A stretch of 64,000 nucleotides of DNA from Myxococcota bacterium. GTDB taxonomy: Bacteria > Myxococcota_A > Polyangia > Polyangiales > Houyiibacteriaceae. Under the pieces are notes generated by a model. It made no database searches. It was not told where the DNA came from and was given only the letters and a program-made list of their open reading frames with translations. The DNA is taken from NCBI GenBank assembly GCA_039030515.1, contig JBCCEA010000001.1, forward strand, positions 29,896-93,895. The letters are read 5' to 3'. Within the stretch, counting starts at the first letter, position 1. Each line of letters starts with the position of its first letter. Of this stretch, positions 42,093-51,740 are shown piece after piece. Both the position numbers and the translations under genes were made by a program.

Positions 42093-45032
42093 TTAGCTCG
42101 CGTCGTCGCCCATGAGTTCATCGAATGCTGCGTCCACATCATCCGCGGTTGGGTCTGGTGGAATCTCTGCATAAGAAGTCGACGGCGATTGGGTCAAGTT
42201 ACGGATTCGCTCACCGACACCCCGAAAGTCTGGGTGACGCTTCTGAACTTTTTGATAGTAATAAAGAGCTTCCTTCGCATCGTGAAGCAGCTCATACGCA
42301 TGTCCAATCTCAAAGTAGAGTCCCAATTCTTCATGTTCGTTGCGCTCTTTGGCGTTGAGACCTCTCTTGAAACGGCTTATCGCTTCGGCAAACTGACTCT
42401 TCTCGATAAGGCAAAGCCCGATCATGGTGTGTGCAGTGCACTCGCGCTTCGGACTAGACATCGCGAGTTCGAACTCCTGAATCGCATCGTCTAAGAGCTC
42501 CATCTCTTTGTAGGCTATGCCTAAGTCGAAGTGCGTATCGCTGTCGTCGGCACTGACCTGTTGCTCGATGCCTTCTTTGAATTGGGCGAATACTTGTTCG
42601 ACGTCGAGTACATCGCTTCCGGGGTTGGTTGCGTCTTCCGCATGTCCGAGTTCCTCGGCCAGTTTTTCTGCGAGTTCAAATGACTGATCCGGATACTGAG
42701 ATGGTCTAATGGAAACTTGAGCTGCTGCCGCCGCCGCCATCTCTTCGATCTCCTTGGCCTTGTCGAGCAAAAGAGGATGGTTCGGATGCGAATTGAGCAT
42801 GTCTTGGAGCGTGAACCTTGCTTCGTCGAAGATTCCCTGGGCCAAGAAAAAGTCCACCTCGTCCAGGGTTTCCTCGATCTCGCCCGGAGGCATGGAAAGA
42901 CGTTTTTGAGCCTCTGCCTTGGCGAGGCGAAGATCCGCCTCTGTGGTGTCCGTTTCGTTAAACTCACGAGGGGATATGGGCGCTTCGAGAGCTGGATCTC
43001 CCTGGATCGATTTCGGGATCTCTCTTGCAATGAACGGCGCGGCAGGTGGGTGCGCGACTTCGAAAGGGGTTGTCGCTCCGGGTAACTCCTGAGAAGAGTC
43101 TGGGGGAGCAAACCTCTCATTTGCTTCTTTGTCTCCAGGAATCGAAAACGGATACCCCTTTGCTTCGAACGGACCTGAGCTGTTTCGTTGTTCCCATGGG
43201 GCAGGTAGGGTGCCGGCCTCCGGTGGTGACGCGCTTCCCGCTGGTCCACGATGGCGCGGTAGGTCTCGCGTCGGGACCATCAAATCCGCGGGGGGCGGGA
43301 CGATCGACTCATACTCGACCGCTTCCTCTAGCCTTACGTCGCTCGCCGTAAGATCGATGAGATCCGACTCGTCGTCGACGAAGAGCACCTCCTCGTCCTC
43401 TTCAAAAGTCGCTCGATCTAAAGGAGCTGTGTCTTGGTAGTGCTCTTGCGGATTCAAGGCTGCCGGTGCTGCCCTCGGGTCCTCGGGATCGAGCGCCTGA
43501 ATCTGCGCTCGGTAGCCTTCAGCGGCCTCCGGTAGTGCGACCTCGGTTAGCGAAATGAGTTGCCCCAACTCTTGGAGGGCCTCCTGCAGCAGTCCTTCTT
43601 CCGCATAGGTGTTCGCCAAGATTTCCCGCGCCTGCCTATGGCTGGGGTCCAATTGGATGACGAGGCTCAGTTGCTCGATGACCTTGCTGCGCAGTCCGTA
43701 GCGCTGGAATACCTCGCATTCGGTGAGCAGTCGCGCGATCTGCGCCTCCTGGGCGACGTCTGGAGGTATCGAGGTGAGACGGACATGTCCTTGAGCGCCT
43801 TGATCTTCGCCCTCAAATTCCTCGATCAGTTCGTCGTCGTCCAGCAGCATCATGCCGCTTTCGCTTTCTTTGGCCTTCCGTTCGAGACTCTGGGGAGCCA
43901 GTGGTTCAGGACGGGGATGGTTCGGTGGCGTGACCGGCGGTCGCTTGAGTGGCTCTGTGGCTTCCCGCTGCTGCGTAGACTGCAATGGAGTGGGCCTTGG
44001 CGGTTTCACCGTCACGCGGCGCCGCACTGACGGTTCCAAATCCCAGTCGTCGACTTCTTCGGCAGGCACGGCTCCCGAGGGCTCGACCACCGCGGAAGGG
44101 GGAGGAGTGATCGCAGCCGGAGGACGACTTCTCGGAGCATAGCCCGCTAGGGCTTGGCGGGCTTCCGCATCGCCTGGGTCCAACTCCAAAATCGCCTTGA
44201 GAATCCGCGCCCGCTCTTCCGGTTTGTTCGTCTCGTGTAGAATTCGGACGATCTCCCGATACACACTGATGGTTTTGGGTATTTGTTCCAGCATGTGGAA
44301 CGCCCGTGCCAGCAGTTCTAGCGTGCCGATATCGCGCGGATTGGCCTTGAAGCAAAGCTGCAGTTTGGCAAGGGCCCGTTTCGCATCGTTTCGGTCGAGG
44401 TAGAGCCGCGCCAATGCGATCGCGGTCTCCAGATCGTCCTGGCGATGGTAGAGCAGTCGCTCGGCTACCTTGATGTAGTCGTCGATGCGACCCTGGCTCC
44501 TTAGCAGGTGCGCTCCAGTCTCAAATTCCTGAGCTGCCTCCTTGGTTTTTCCCGCTTTAGAGAGCGCCTCGGCAAGTTTGATTCGGATCGGGATGTTCTC
44601 CGGATCCAGGTCGCACATGCGGGCGAGGGTTTCGAGAGCCTGCTCCACATCTCCGTTTCGGGCGTACGCTCCGGCAACCTGCTCGTACGTGCTCAAGGCA
44701 TCGCTCACGAGTTCAAGCTGTTCATACATATCGGCGAGCCGGAGAGAGATATCGAGTCGTGCTGAATCGAGTTTGAGAATTTGCTTGTAGACTGCCACGG
44801 CCTTCAGAAAAAAACCCTGGCCTGCATAGTGCTCTGCTACTCGAGCATAGGTCTCGATGGCTTCCGGTCGTGCGCCCCTGCGGGTGTGTAGATCGCCGAT
44901 TTTGAGCCACGTGCGAACGTCGCTTGGATCGTCCTTGACGAGCTTTTGATACTCCAGGATCGCCTTGTCGTAGTTCCCCTTCGAGATTTGCTTCTGAGCG
45001 GAGGCGAGTATTCTAGAGCGATCGACTGCCAC
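42093..45032 (-). CDS. large TPR-repeat protein (979 aa) with Pro-rich and acidic linkers
   Basis: Multiple TPR-like units at both ends (KGNYDKAILEYQKLVKDDPSDVRTWLKIGDLH...; FEIGHAYELLHDAKEALYYYQKVQKRHPDF). Confidence 0.85.
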   Translation of the reverse strand: MAVDRSRILASAQKQISKGNYDKAILEYQKLVKDDPSDVRTWLKIGDLHTRRGARPEAIETYARVAEHYAGQGFFLKAVAVYKQILKLDSARLDISLRLADMYEQLELVSDALSTYEQVAGAYARNGDVEQALETLARMCDLDPENIPIRIKLAEALSKAGKTKEAAQEFETGAHLLRSQGRIDDYIKVAERLLYHRQDDLETAIALARLYLDRNDAKRALAKLQLCFKANPRDIGTLELLARAFHMLEQIPKTISVYREIVRILHETNKPEERARILKAILELDPGDAEARQALAGYAPRSRPPAAITPPPSAVVEPSGAVPAEEVDDWDLEPSVRRRVTVKPPRPTPLQSTQQREATEPLKRPPVTPPNHPRPEPLAPQSLERKAKESESGMMLLDDDELIEEFEGEDQGAQGHVRLTSIPPDVAQEAQIARLLTECEVFQRYGLRSKVIEQLSLVIQLDPSHRQAREILANTYAEEGLLQEALQELGQLISLTEVALPEAAEGYRAQIQALDPEDPRAAPAALNPQEHYQDTAPLDRATFEEDEEVLFVDDESDLIDLTASDVRLEEAVEYESIVPPPADLMVPTRDLPRHRGPAGSASPPEAGTLPAPWEQRNSSGPFEAKGYPFSIPGDKEANERFAPPDSSQELPGATTPFEVAHPPAAPFIAREIPKSIQGDPALEAPISPREFNETDTTEADLRLAKAEAQKRLSMPPGEIEETLDEVDFFLAQGIFDEARFTLQDMLNSHPNHPLLLDKAKEIEEMAAAAAAQVSIRPSQYPDQSFELAEKLAEELGHAEDATNPGSDVLDVEQVFAQFKEGIEQQVSADDSDTHFDLGIAYKEMELLDDAIQEFELAMSSPKRECTAHTMIGLCLIEKSQFAEAISRFKRGLNAKERNEHEELGLYFEIGHAYELLHDAKEALYYYQKVQKRHPDFRGVGERIRNLTQSPSTSYAEIPPDPTADDVDAAFDELMGDDAS

Positions 45033-45167
45033 TTCAACCTACGTGTGTCGCCTCGAGGCTGGCGAACTTGTCGACGACGGGCTTAAGATCGAATGACGAC
45101 CATACCGTGCTTCTTTTCAAGCGATTACGCTGCTCCATGTCGATATGCTGCGCTTGCTTCAAGCCTA

Positions 45168-46514
45168 TCATCTGTTGTTGGGTTCCATCCTGAGTCGTTC
45201 GAGGAACCGTGTTGAAACAGTTCCCTCTAAGAAAGCTTTCGATGACAGGATACGCTGATGTAGGGGAATATTTGTATGAATTCCCGTCACGATCGTTTCT
45301 GAGAGTGCCCTTTTCATTCGGTCGATGGCCTGTGGGCGATCTCGGCCAAAGCTGATCACCTTGGCAACGAGGGAGTCGTAGTCGCTAGGTACGCGGTATC
45401 CTCCGTAGATCCCGTCGTCCACGCGTATTCCGGGTCCCCCTGGCGGATGGTACTCGGTGATTAGTCCTGGGGAGGGGGCATCGGTCTCCGGATTTTCAGC
45501 GTTAATTCGGCATTCGATCGCAGCGCCTCGGATCGAAATTTCGTCCTGAGAGAGAGAGAGACCCCTTCCGGAGGCGACTCGGATCTGCTCCAGCACCAGA
45601 TCGACTCCGGTCACCAGTTCGGTGACCGGGTGTTCGACTTGAATGCGGGTATTCATCTCCATGAAGGTGAGATTGCCGCGTTCATCCATGAGGAATTCCA
45701 CGGTGCCCGCGGAGACGTAGTCGCTTTCCTTCATGGCTCGACGTAGTGTCGCAGATAGGTCTTGGCGGAGTTCATCACTTACGGCGCCACTGGGGGCCTC
45801 TTCGAGAAGTTTTTGGTGACGTCGCTGAATAGAACATTCCCGCTCTCCGAGGACGAGTGCTTGGTGATGGTCTACGAGCACTTGGAACTCGATATGCTTC
45901 GGCTCTTCGATGAAACGCTCGCAGTAGAGATCGCCTATTGAAAATGCAGCGATCGCTTCTGCCTGTGCCTTTTGGAACGTACGCCTCATCTCACTTGCAG
46001 AACGAACGATGCTCATCCCGCGTCCACCACCACCGCCCGAAGCCTTGAGCATCACCGGAAATCCAACGGCCTGTGCCTGCTGCACTGCGTCTTCCGTACC
46101 TTGAAGCACATTGGAGCCACGCATCAAGGGCAGTCCAAGGCGTTTTGCCAGGGCGCGTGCCTGCACCTTATCTCCCCACTGCCGCATGTTTTCAGGAGTG
46201 GGACCGATGAACGTGAGTCCGCAAGCAAGGCACACGTCGGCAAAGTCAGGATTCTCAGAAAGAAAACCGTAACCTGGGTGAACTGCGTCGGCACCGGTGA
46301 TCTCTGCAGCAGCCATGAGCGCGGGGATATTCAGGTAGCTCTGATGTGCCGGACCGGGGCCGATGCAGACTGCCTCGTCGGCAAGGCGAACATGCATGGC
46401 CTGGGCATCCGGTACGCTATGGACTGCAACGGTCTCCAGCTCTAACTCTCGACAGGCACGCAGGATACGGAGGGCAATTTCCCCCCGATTTGCGATGAGC
46501 ACCTTACGGAACAT
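45168..46514 (-). CDS. accC: acetyl-CoA carboxylase biotin carboxylase subunit
   Basis: MFRKVLIANRGEIALRILRACRELE...MLKASGGGGGRGM...EMNTRIQVEHPVTE. Confidence 0.95.
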   Translation of the reverse strand: MFRKVLIANRGEIALRILRACRELELETVAVHSVPDAQAMHVRLADEAVCIGPGPAHQSYLNIPALMAAAEITGADAVHPGYGFLSENPDFADVCLACGLTFIGPTPENMRQWGDKVQARALAKRLGLPLMRGSNVLQGTEDAVQQAQAVGFPVMLKASGGGGGRGMSIVRSASEMRRTFQKAQAEAIAAFSIGDLYCERFIEEPKHIEFQVLVDHHQALVLGERECSIQRRHQKLLEEAPSGAVSDELRQDLSATLRRAMKESDYVSAGTVEFLMDERGNLTFMEMNTRIQVEHPVTELVTGVDLVLEQIRVASGRGLSLSQDEISIRGAAIECRINAENPETDAPSPGLITEYHPPGGPGIRVDDGIYGGYRVPSDYDSLVAKVISFGRDRPQAIDRMKRALSETIVTGIHTNIPLHQRILSSKAFLEGTVSTRFLERLRMEPNNR

Positions 46515-46520
46515 AACGAA

Positions 46521-46964
46521 TCAACCCTGGGGTTTCATTCGAAAGAGCACGTCACCGAACTCGACGGGCTTTCCGTTTTCGACGAGGATCTCCTCGACAA
46601 TTCCGGACACCTCAGACTCGATTTCGTTCATCAGCTTCATCGCTTCCACGATGCACAGGATCTGGCCGGACGAGACCTGAGCTCCAAGCTGAACGTAGGG
46701 TGGCGATCCCGGAGAGGGTGCGCGATAAAAAGTTCCCACAAAGGGTGAGGTCACGTCGATAAGATCCGCTCCAGCGGGCGAACCCATCGGTTCCGCTGCG
46801 ACGGGCAGTTGCGATTGAGTCGCTGCAGAAGTCGAAAAAGGTGCAGTTAGGCTGTTTCGACGTAGCAAGATGCGTTCATCGCCGCTCTCGATTTCCACTT
46901 CAGCGATGTCGTGATCTTCGATGGCGCGCATCAGCGCACGGAGCTGATCGAGATCGATCTGCAT
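46521..46964 (-). CDS. accB: biotin carboxyl carrier protein
   Basis: Biotinylation motif [18 protein letters not shown] 46964 has GGAG 6 nt upstream. Confidence 0.9.
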   Translation of the reverse strand: MQIDLDQLRALMRAIEDHDIAEVEIESGDERILLRRNSLTAPFSTSAATQSQLPVAAEPMGSPAGADLIDVTSPFVGTFYRAPSPGSPPYVQLGAQVSSGQILCIVEAMKLMNEIESEVSGIVEEILVENGKPVEFGDVLFRMKPQG

Positions 46965-47001
46965 GGAGTACTCCTCAATGTCCGTGGGTGACGTCCGTCG
47001 T

Positions 47002-47520
47002 TCAACCAGCCTCAAAACGAGGTCGTTTCAGGTGTACGATGAGCGCCTGTAAGCCGAGGTAATAGCTTTCACGTCCGAAACCGGCAATCGAACCGAGACA
47101 GACCGCGGCGGTATAGGAGCGGTTTCGAAACGACTCTCGGCCATCGATATTGGAGAGATGAACTTCGACGCAGGGAATCGCGATCGCCTTGATCGCATCT
47201 CGCAGTGCGATCGAGCTATGCGTCAGGGCTGCAGGATTGATGACAACGCCCGCGGCGGTCTCTCGAGCTTCATGCAGCCAGTCGACGATCACTCCCTCGT
47301 GATTTGATTGCCGACACTCGACATCGCAACCCATGTCGGCACCGTAGCGGCGAAGGTCTGTGTCCAGCTCCTCAAGCGACCCGTCGCCGTAGATCTCCGG
47401 TTCTCGTGTCCCAAGCAGGTTCAGGTTGGGGCCGTGAAGTATGAAAACCGTAAGCGATGGCCTCGACCCGTCGATCGCTTCGTCGGTAGCGCGACCTACA
47501 CTCAGCGTTTTGCCACTCAC
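47002..47520 (-). CDS. aroQ: type II 3-dehydroquinate dehydratase
   Basis: [19 protein letters not shown]...RQSNHEG...[16 protein letters not shown]...VEVHLSNI. Confidence 0.9.
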   Translation of the reverse strand: MSGKTLSVGRATDEAIDGSRPSLTVFILHGPNLNLLGTREPEIYGDGSLEELDTDLRRYGADMGCDVECRQSNHEGVIVDWLHEARETAAGVVINPAALTHSSIALRDAIKAIAIPCVEVHLSNIDGRESFRNRSYTAAVCLGSIAGFGRESYYLGLQALIVHLKRPRFEAG

Positions 47521-47608
47521 GCTTCAGCCCTACACGCCGCGCACCTTGCGTGCCACCTCGGAGGCCAGAAATCGCGAGCCTTTCTTCCGGCCAGTCCCTC
47601 CGTCGTGT

Positions 47609-47971
47609 CTAGACCAGCGCTTCGGAAAGCCGGCTGCTCTGACGACGTAGCAGATAGCGTGCCTTGCCGAAGTTGCCGGTCGGGTGGAGGGTGAGCGCTA
47701 CGAAATGCTCCTCGGTAAGCACGCGGATGATCGTGGTAAGCCGCTCGGCCCGAATAGCGATCTCGCTTGCCCCGCCGACTTCCAACATTTCTGCAGCGCT
47801 GCGAACTTGGTTCAAAACCACACTGAACTCGGCCCCTACCGCTTCCACGTCTGGCGTTTGCTCCGATCCGCGCACGTAGTGTTCGAGAGGGATACCGTCG
47901 CTGTCCATGATGACGCTTGCAATGCTGCCTTCGGCTTGGTCGACGACCTCTTTTAAAATCTCCTTGAACAT
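47609..47971 (-). CDS. Roadblock/LC7 (MglB-like) domain protein
   Basis: 120 aa. LKEVVDQAEGSIASVIMDSDGIPLE and ...TTIIRVLTEEHFVALTLHPTGNFGKARYLL fit the Roadblock pattern. Confidence 0.7.
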   Translation of the reverse strand: MFKEILKEVVDQAEGSIASVIMDSDGIPLEHYVRGSEQTPDVEAVGAEFSVVLNQVRSAAEMLEVGGASEIAIRAERLTTIIRVLTEEHFVALTLHPTGNFGKARYLLRRQSSRLSEALV

Positions 47972-48030
47972 GGACTTCCTCCGCCATCCGCGCGTTTGTC
48001 ACAGATGACGACATGTAATCCAATGACAAG

Positions 48031-49080
48031 TCAAGTAGTTCTACTTTGGATCGCCTCGGTGATCGTTTCCCGCCACGCGGAGACGAACCGTTTCATCGAA
48101 AAATCGATCCGCGCCCGCGCTCTTGCGGCTTGGCCCATGCGCGTCGCGAGCTCTCGGTCTGCGAGCAACCTGCGAGCCGCCAGGCGTAGTTCGTCGGCTG
48201 TGTCGCATACAAAGCCCTCCACGCCTTGGGTGATGGGGCAGCTTGGATGCGTTGCGGTGACGATGGGCATGCCCGTAGCCATCGCCTCCAGCATCGCAAG
48301 GTTGTAGCCGTCCTCTAAGGGTGCGGCCGCGGTGTGCACGTAGAAACGGTGCTTGCGATAGTACGCTTTGAGGGTTTGCCAGCATGATGCAGGTTCGACG
48401 CCCGCGAAATCTGGATTGACTCCGACCAGTCTGACGTTTGGCCGATCGCTGCCTGCGTTTGGCTCTTCGTTCGTTGCGGTTTGAAACGCTGCTTCGTGCA
48501 GTGGCCATCTCAAGTATTCGGTCTTGAGGGTGATATGGTTGGCGACCCGCAGCCCAAGGTCGAGTGCGCCGTCGTAACCGCAGTACTCCTCGCAATCGAC
48601 CGCGCCCTGAATCACCTTTGCGCGGTCGAGAGCCCACGTGTTCTGCTTCATCGGAGAGATAACGACGGGTAGCGCCTGAACAGCTTTCAAATATTTGTCG
48701 ACAAGAGTTCTGATTTCCGCGCCGCTTTCGCCTCTTTGCTCTTGTTTGAGTCGCCCCTGCAGCGAGCTGTGAAAGGTGAGTATTTTGGCTCCGGCCATGC
48801 CGCGGCAGGCGAGTAAGTCGGTAAGGTTGTGGGCGATGATGCAGTCGTACCGACGACCTCTCGCCTCCTGCATCGTGCAGAGCCGAACGTTTGCGGGCAG
48901 TGGCCGCATCCGCTCGTCCCAGTTTCGATGGTGGTGACCCGCCAGCTCAACGACGACATCCATGGGCATGCCCAGTCGAGCCAGATCAAAGCAGTAGGCT
49001 TCATGGGAGTTGAATGTCAAAAGACGGATCACAGCTTGAGCCTCGATTCTAATCGATTTGTGCCGGGCCTCTTGAACCAA
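48031..49080 (-). CDS. glycosyltransferase family 1/4 (GT-B)
   Basis: C-terminal EDGYNLAMLEAMATGMPIVTA...GVEGFVCD matches the E-x7-E type motif. Confidence 0.8.
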   Translation of the reverse strand: MVQEARHKSIRIEAQAVIRLLTFNSHEAYCFDLARLGMPMDVVVELAGHHHRNWDERMRPLPANVRLCTMQEARGRRYDCIIAHNLTDLLACRGMAGAKILTFHSSLQGRLKQEQRGESGAEIRTLVDKYLKAVQALPVVISPMKQNTWALDRAKVIQGAVDCEEYCGYDGALDLGLRVANHITLKTEYLRWPLHEAAFQTATNEEPNAGSDRPNVRLVGVNPDFAGVEPASCWQTLKAYYRKHRFYVHTAAAPLEDGYNLAMLEAMATGMPIVTATHPSCPITQGVEGFVCDTADELRLAARRLLADRELATRMGQAARARARIDFSMKRFVSAWRETITEAIQSRTT

Positions 49081-49165
49081 ACCTATCGACCCAGAGGTTC
49101 CCCTTGATTTCCACAGTGTCTACTTGACAAGCACGCGGCGCAGATTACAAGCGAGGTCCCCACCA

Positions 49166-49249
49166 GCGGAAGTGGCGGAATTGGCAGACGCGCTAGACTA
49201 AGGATCTAGTGGGGTAATACCCGTGGAGGTTCGAGTCCTCTCTTCCGCA
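49166..49249 (+). tRNA. tRNA-Leu (type II, long variable arm); anticodon read as AAG
   Basis: Acceptor GCGGAAG/CTTCCGC, D-arm GCG-GAATTGGCAGA-CGC, anticodon stem CTAGA/TCTAG with loop CTAAGGA, variable arm TGGGGTAATACCCGT, T-arm GGAGG-TTCGAGT-CCTCT, discriminator A. CCA is not encoded. Confidence 0.85.
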
Positions 49250-49318
49250 CCCGTGCTGAAATCGGCTCGCTCCGAAAGCCGCCCTGGCAGACGTGAGCTA
49301 GGCGCCACCAAATGCGAG

Positions 49319-49777
49319 TTAGGCGCTACCGGGCAGCACGCTAAGGACGCGAGAGATTCGCCAAAGCACGGGTAGATTCCTCACCCCACCATACACCCGC
49401 AACTCGCCCCGCCACACAGCGCGTAGCGCATCGCGAGCGTTGGGTCCGAAGGGATTGGGAATGCCCCGGGTGAGAACTTCGATCTGACTGAGACGAACGA
49501 TCATCTCGCTGCTCGTCCGAATCGTGATGTCGGGAATGCCGCAAATCCCGTGATGCACGACCAGGCGTCCGAGTTTGAACTGCAGGGTAACCGCAAGGTC
49601 CAAGTCTTCCGCTACGATGGCGACCCGGCCAAGCAACCGAGCGAAGACCGCTCGGCGCGCCGGATCATCCGCTAGGTTTTGACCGATGAGCTCGGCAAGC
49701 ATAGAGACGAGACCGTTTTCGGTTCCCCCAGGGGCCATCTCAATTTCTTGAGAGCTGTCGGTTCGAGACGAAGTCAT
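49319..49777 (-). CDS. SCP2 sterol-carrier-like domain protein (putative)
   Basis: LAELIGQNLADDPARRAVFARLLGRVAIVAEDLDLAVTLQF fits the pattern of SCP2-like small proteins. The assignment is weak. Confidence 0.5.
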   Translation of the reverse strand: MTSSRTDSSQEIEMAPGGTENGLVSMLAELIGQNLADDPARRAVFARLLGRVAIVAEDLDLAVTLQFKLGRLVVHHGICGIPDITIRTSSEMIVRLSQIEVLTRGIPNPFGPNARDALRAVWRGELRVYGGVRNLPVLWRISRVLSVLPGSA

Positions 49778-49812
49778 CCGGTATTCTTGCCTTCAGCCCT
49801 CGACACAACCAA

Positions 49813-50241
49813 CTACAAATACTCGGTGTCTACCTTTTTGGCACTTGCCACCAATGCTCGCGACGACTCCACAAACCGAATCATGGTAGGCAGGTGGCCT
49901 TTGGTCAGCCTCAGCTTTCCTTCCATCATCCCCTTGATGGGATCGAGCGAGCCCTCGATGACTTCCTTCCATCGATGGTAGCTGGCTTTGATCACAAAAG
50001 AGGTTGGGCTTTCGTCGATCGCTTGTTCTCCTTTGATCAATGTCGCGTTGCGGCAAACCCCCTCGTGGACATCGAGCACCATGGCCATCGGCTGCTCAAT
50101 TCCCAAGGCGGCATCGGCTTCAACCACCATGGCGACCGCTCCGAACGTCCACGGCTTGCCGTGGGTGCGGTAGGCTTCATTTTGGTTCACCGCATCTTTG
50201 AACGCGGCGGTCCATCCTTCAGAAGGAAAACGATGACTCAT
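49813..50241 (-). CDS. SCP2 sterol-carrier-like domain protein
   Basis: WTAAFKDAVNQNEAY...FVIKASYHRWKEVIEGSLDPIKGMMEGKLRLTKGHLPTMIRF. Start at ATG 50241. Confidence 0.6.
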   Translation of the reverse strand: MSHRFPSEGWTAAFKDAVNQNEAYRTHGKPWTFGAVAMVVEADAALGIEQPMAMVLDVHEGVCRNATLIKGEQAIDESPTSFVIKASYHRWKEVIEGSLDPIKGMMEGKLRLTKGHLPTMIRFVESSRALVASAKKVDTEYL

Positions 50242-50360
50242 AACGGCTCGGTGTAGCAGGGCTGGTCTGCACGTCCATGTCGGTTGGCGCTTCTCTAAAA
50301 GCCCCAAGAAATCAGAGCTGGCGTTCCAGCAATCGATTCTCAGGGCTCAAGACGTCTATC

Positions 50361-51740
50361 CTAGAGGGCAGCGATGCGGACAGGAGGAAGTCCTGTCGAG
50401 CTGGCTACCGTTACGGCATCGAGCTCCTGCAGGGTGGTCTCTCCGTCGGTGCTGACGACAAATCGATGGATCTCATCCGCGCCCGAGTTGGGCACCAGTA
50501 ACAATCCTGAGGAAGTTCCATAGGCGCCCTGACCGAGTACGAAGGAGCCGTCCGCTACGATCAATACCTCTTGGCTTCCGGTTTCAAGCTCTGTGAGCAC
50601 CAGACGATCGGTGACGTCGTCGCCATTGCCCAGCGCCACACCGACTGCAAGACCGTCACCAAGGGAGGTAACCGTCCAAGTCGCAAGGAGGGACGATGTG
50701 TCGTCCGCGTTTTCAAAGCGGGCTACTTCCTCGAGTTCGCCAGAGCCGTTCAAACGAAGTTGAACTAGACCCGAGGTTGCCCGTACCCCTTCTTCGTCGA
50801 AGAAGGATACGTTGGAATATCCCTTACAGGCGACGAGGACTTCTCTTTCGGTTCCGGGTACGCGGGTCACTTGACCACAGTTGGCAAGGCCTCCCAGCGG
50901 AACACCGGTGACGGTCTCACTGTTCAGGTCGACCACCGCGGTTATGCCGTCGCCGTGTCCTCGAGGGCCGGAGAAGTCGCTCGACAATCGGTCGAGGCCT
51001 ACGATGAGGTAGTCCCCGATCCGAACGATCCGGCTCGGGCGGCTGACCACTGACACATCAACCTCAGTCCGCTCGCCCCCCTCGCTTTGCTCTAGTCCGG
51101 TGACCACCTCGTTGAAGTCGCTGAGATCGACCCGATCGCCGTTGAGCGTCATCGTGGTCGGATCGAATCCGAGTAGGTCCGTACCCTGGTCGATTTCCGG
51201 TGCATCCGGATCAAGGCTGCCGGAGTAGCGTGACGCAAACGCGCTCGTATCGCTGACAATGACGTAGTCATGAGGGTTCGATCTGAACCCCACCTTACCG
51301 TCTGGGTTTCCGCTCAAGCGAACCTGGCCGACGAGGTCTCCCTCGGGCTGGCAGAAGAGACTGACCGCGTCGGTACCGAATCGGTCGATCACGCCAAAGG
51401 TTCCCGCGTATTGCGCAGAGGGAAAAACCACGTCTCCCGAGAGCGCAGCCACCAAGCCGGGGCGGGTAACGCCCGAGTTGTGCCAGCTCTCGGCGAGGAC
51501 CTCTGCCTCTGCTCCCAGAAGAGAGACGGCGGTGCTCGAGAAGTCCGTCGAGATCACGGCAAAGCTCGGGATTTCGGACAAACTAGAGAGTCCCGACTCT
51601 CCGCTAGGGCAAAGCCCGCTTTGCACGTTGGGATCTTCTAAAGAGGTGCCGTTCGAGTCGTCGTCGCAGCCGACGGTTAAAGAAGTTAGTGAAAATGCAA
51701 TAAGAAAGCGGCCGAGGTTTTCGGCAATCCGAGTGTTCAT
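50361..51740 (-). CDS. surface/periplasmic lipoprotein, probably beta-propeller-like, translationally coupled to the TonB-dependent receptor
   Basis: Lipobox LTSLTVG-C followed by DDDSNG. Repeated beta-strand-rich segments. TAATG overlap with the upstream receptor stop. Confidence 0.7.
   Translation of the reverse strand: MNTRIAENLGRFLIAFSLTSLTVGCDDDSNGTSLEDPNVQSGLCPSGESGLSSLSEIPSFAVISTDFSSTAVSLLGAEAEVLAESWHNSGVTRPGLVAALSGDVVFPSAQYAGTFGVIDRFGTDAVSLFCQPEGDLVGQVRLSGNPDGKVGFRSNPHDYVIVSDTSAFASRYSGSLDPDAPEIDQGTDLLGFDPTTMTLNGDRVDLSDFNEVVTGLEQSEGGERTEVDVSVVSRPSRIVRIGDYLIVGLDRLSSDFSGPRGHGDGITAVVDLNSETVTGVPLGGLANCGQVTRVPGTEREVLVACKGYSNVSFFDEEGVRATSGLVQLRLNGSGELEEVARFENADDTSSLLATWTVTSLGDGLAVGVALGNGDDVTDRLVLTELETGSQEVLIVADGSFVLGQGAYGTSSGLLLVPNSGADEIHRFVVSTDGETTLQELDAVTVASSTGLPPVRIAAL

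Noticed and set aside
47517-48029. ORF 47517-48029 (-, 170 aa).
   Set aside because: It is an off-frame overlap of the Roadblock gene with an Arg-rich translation.
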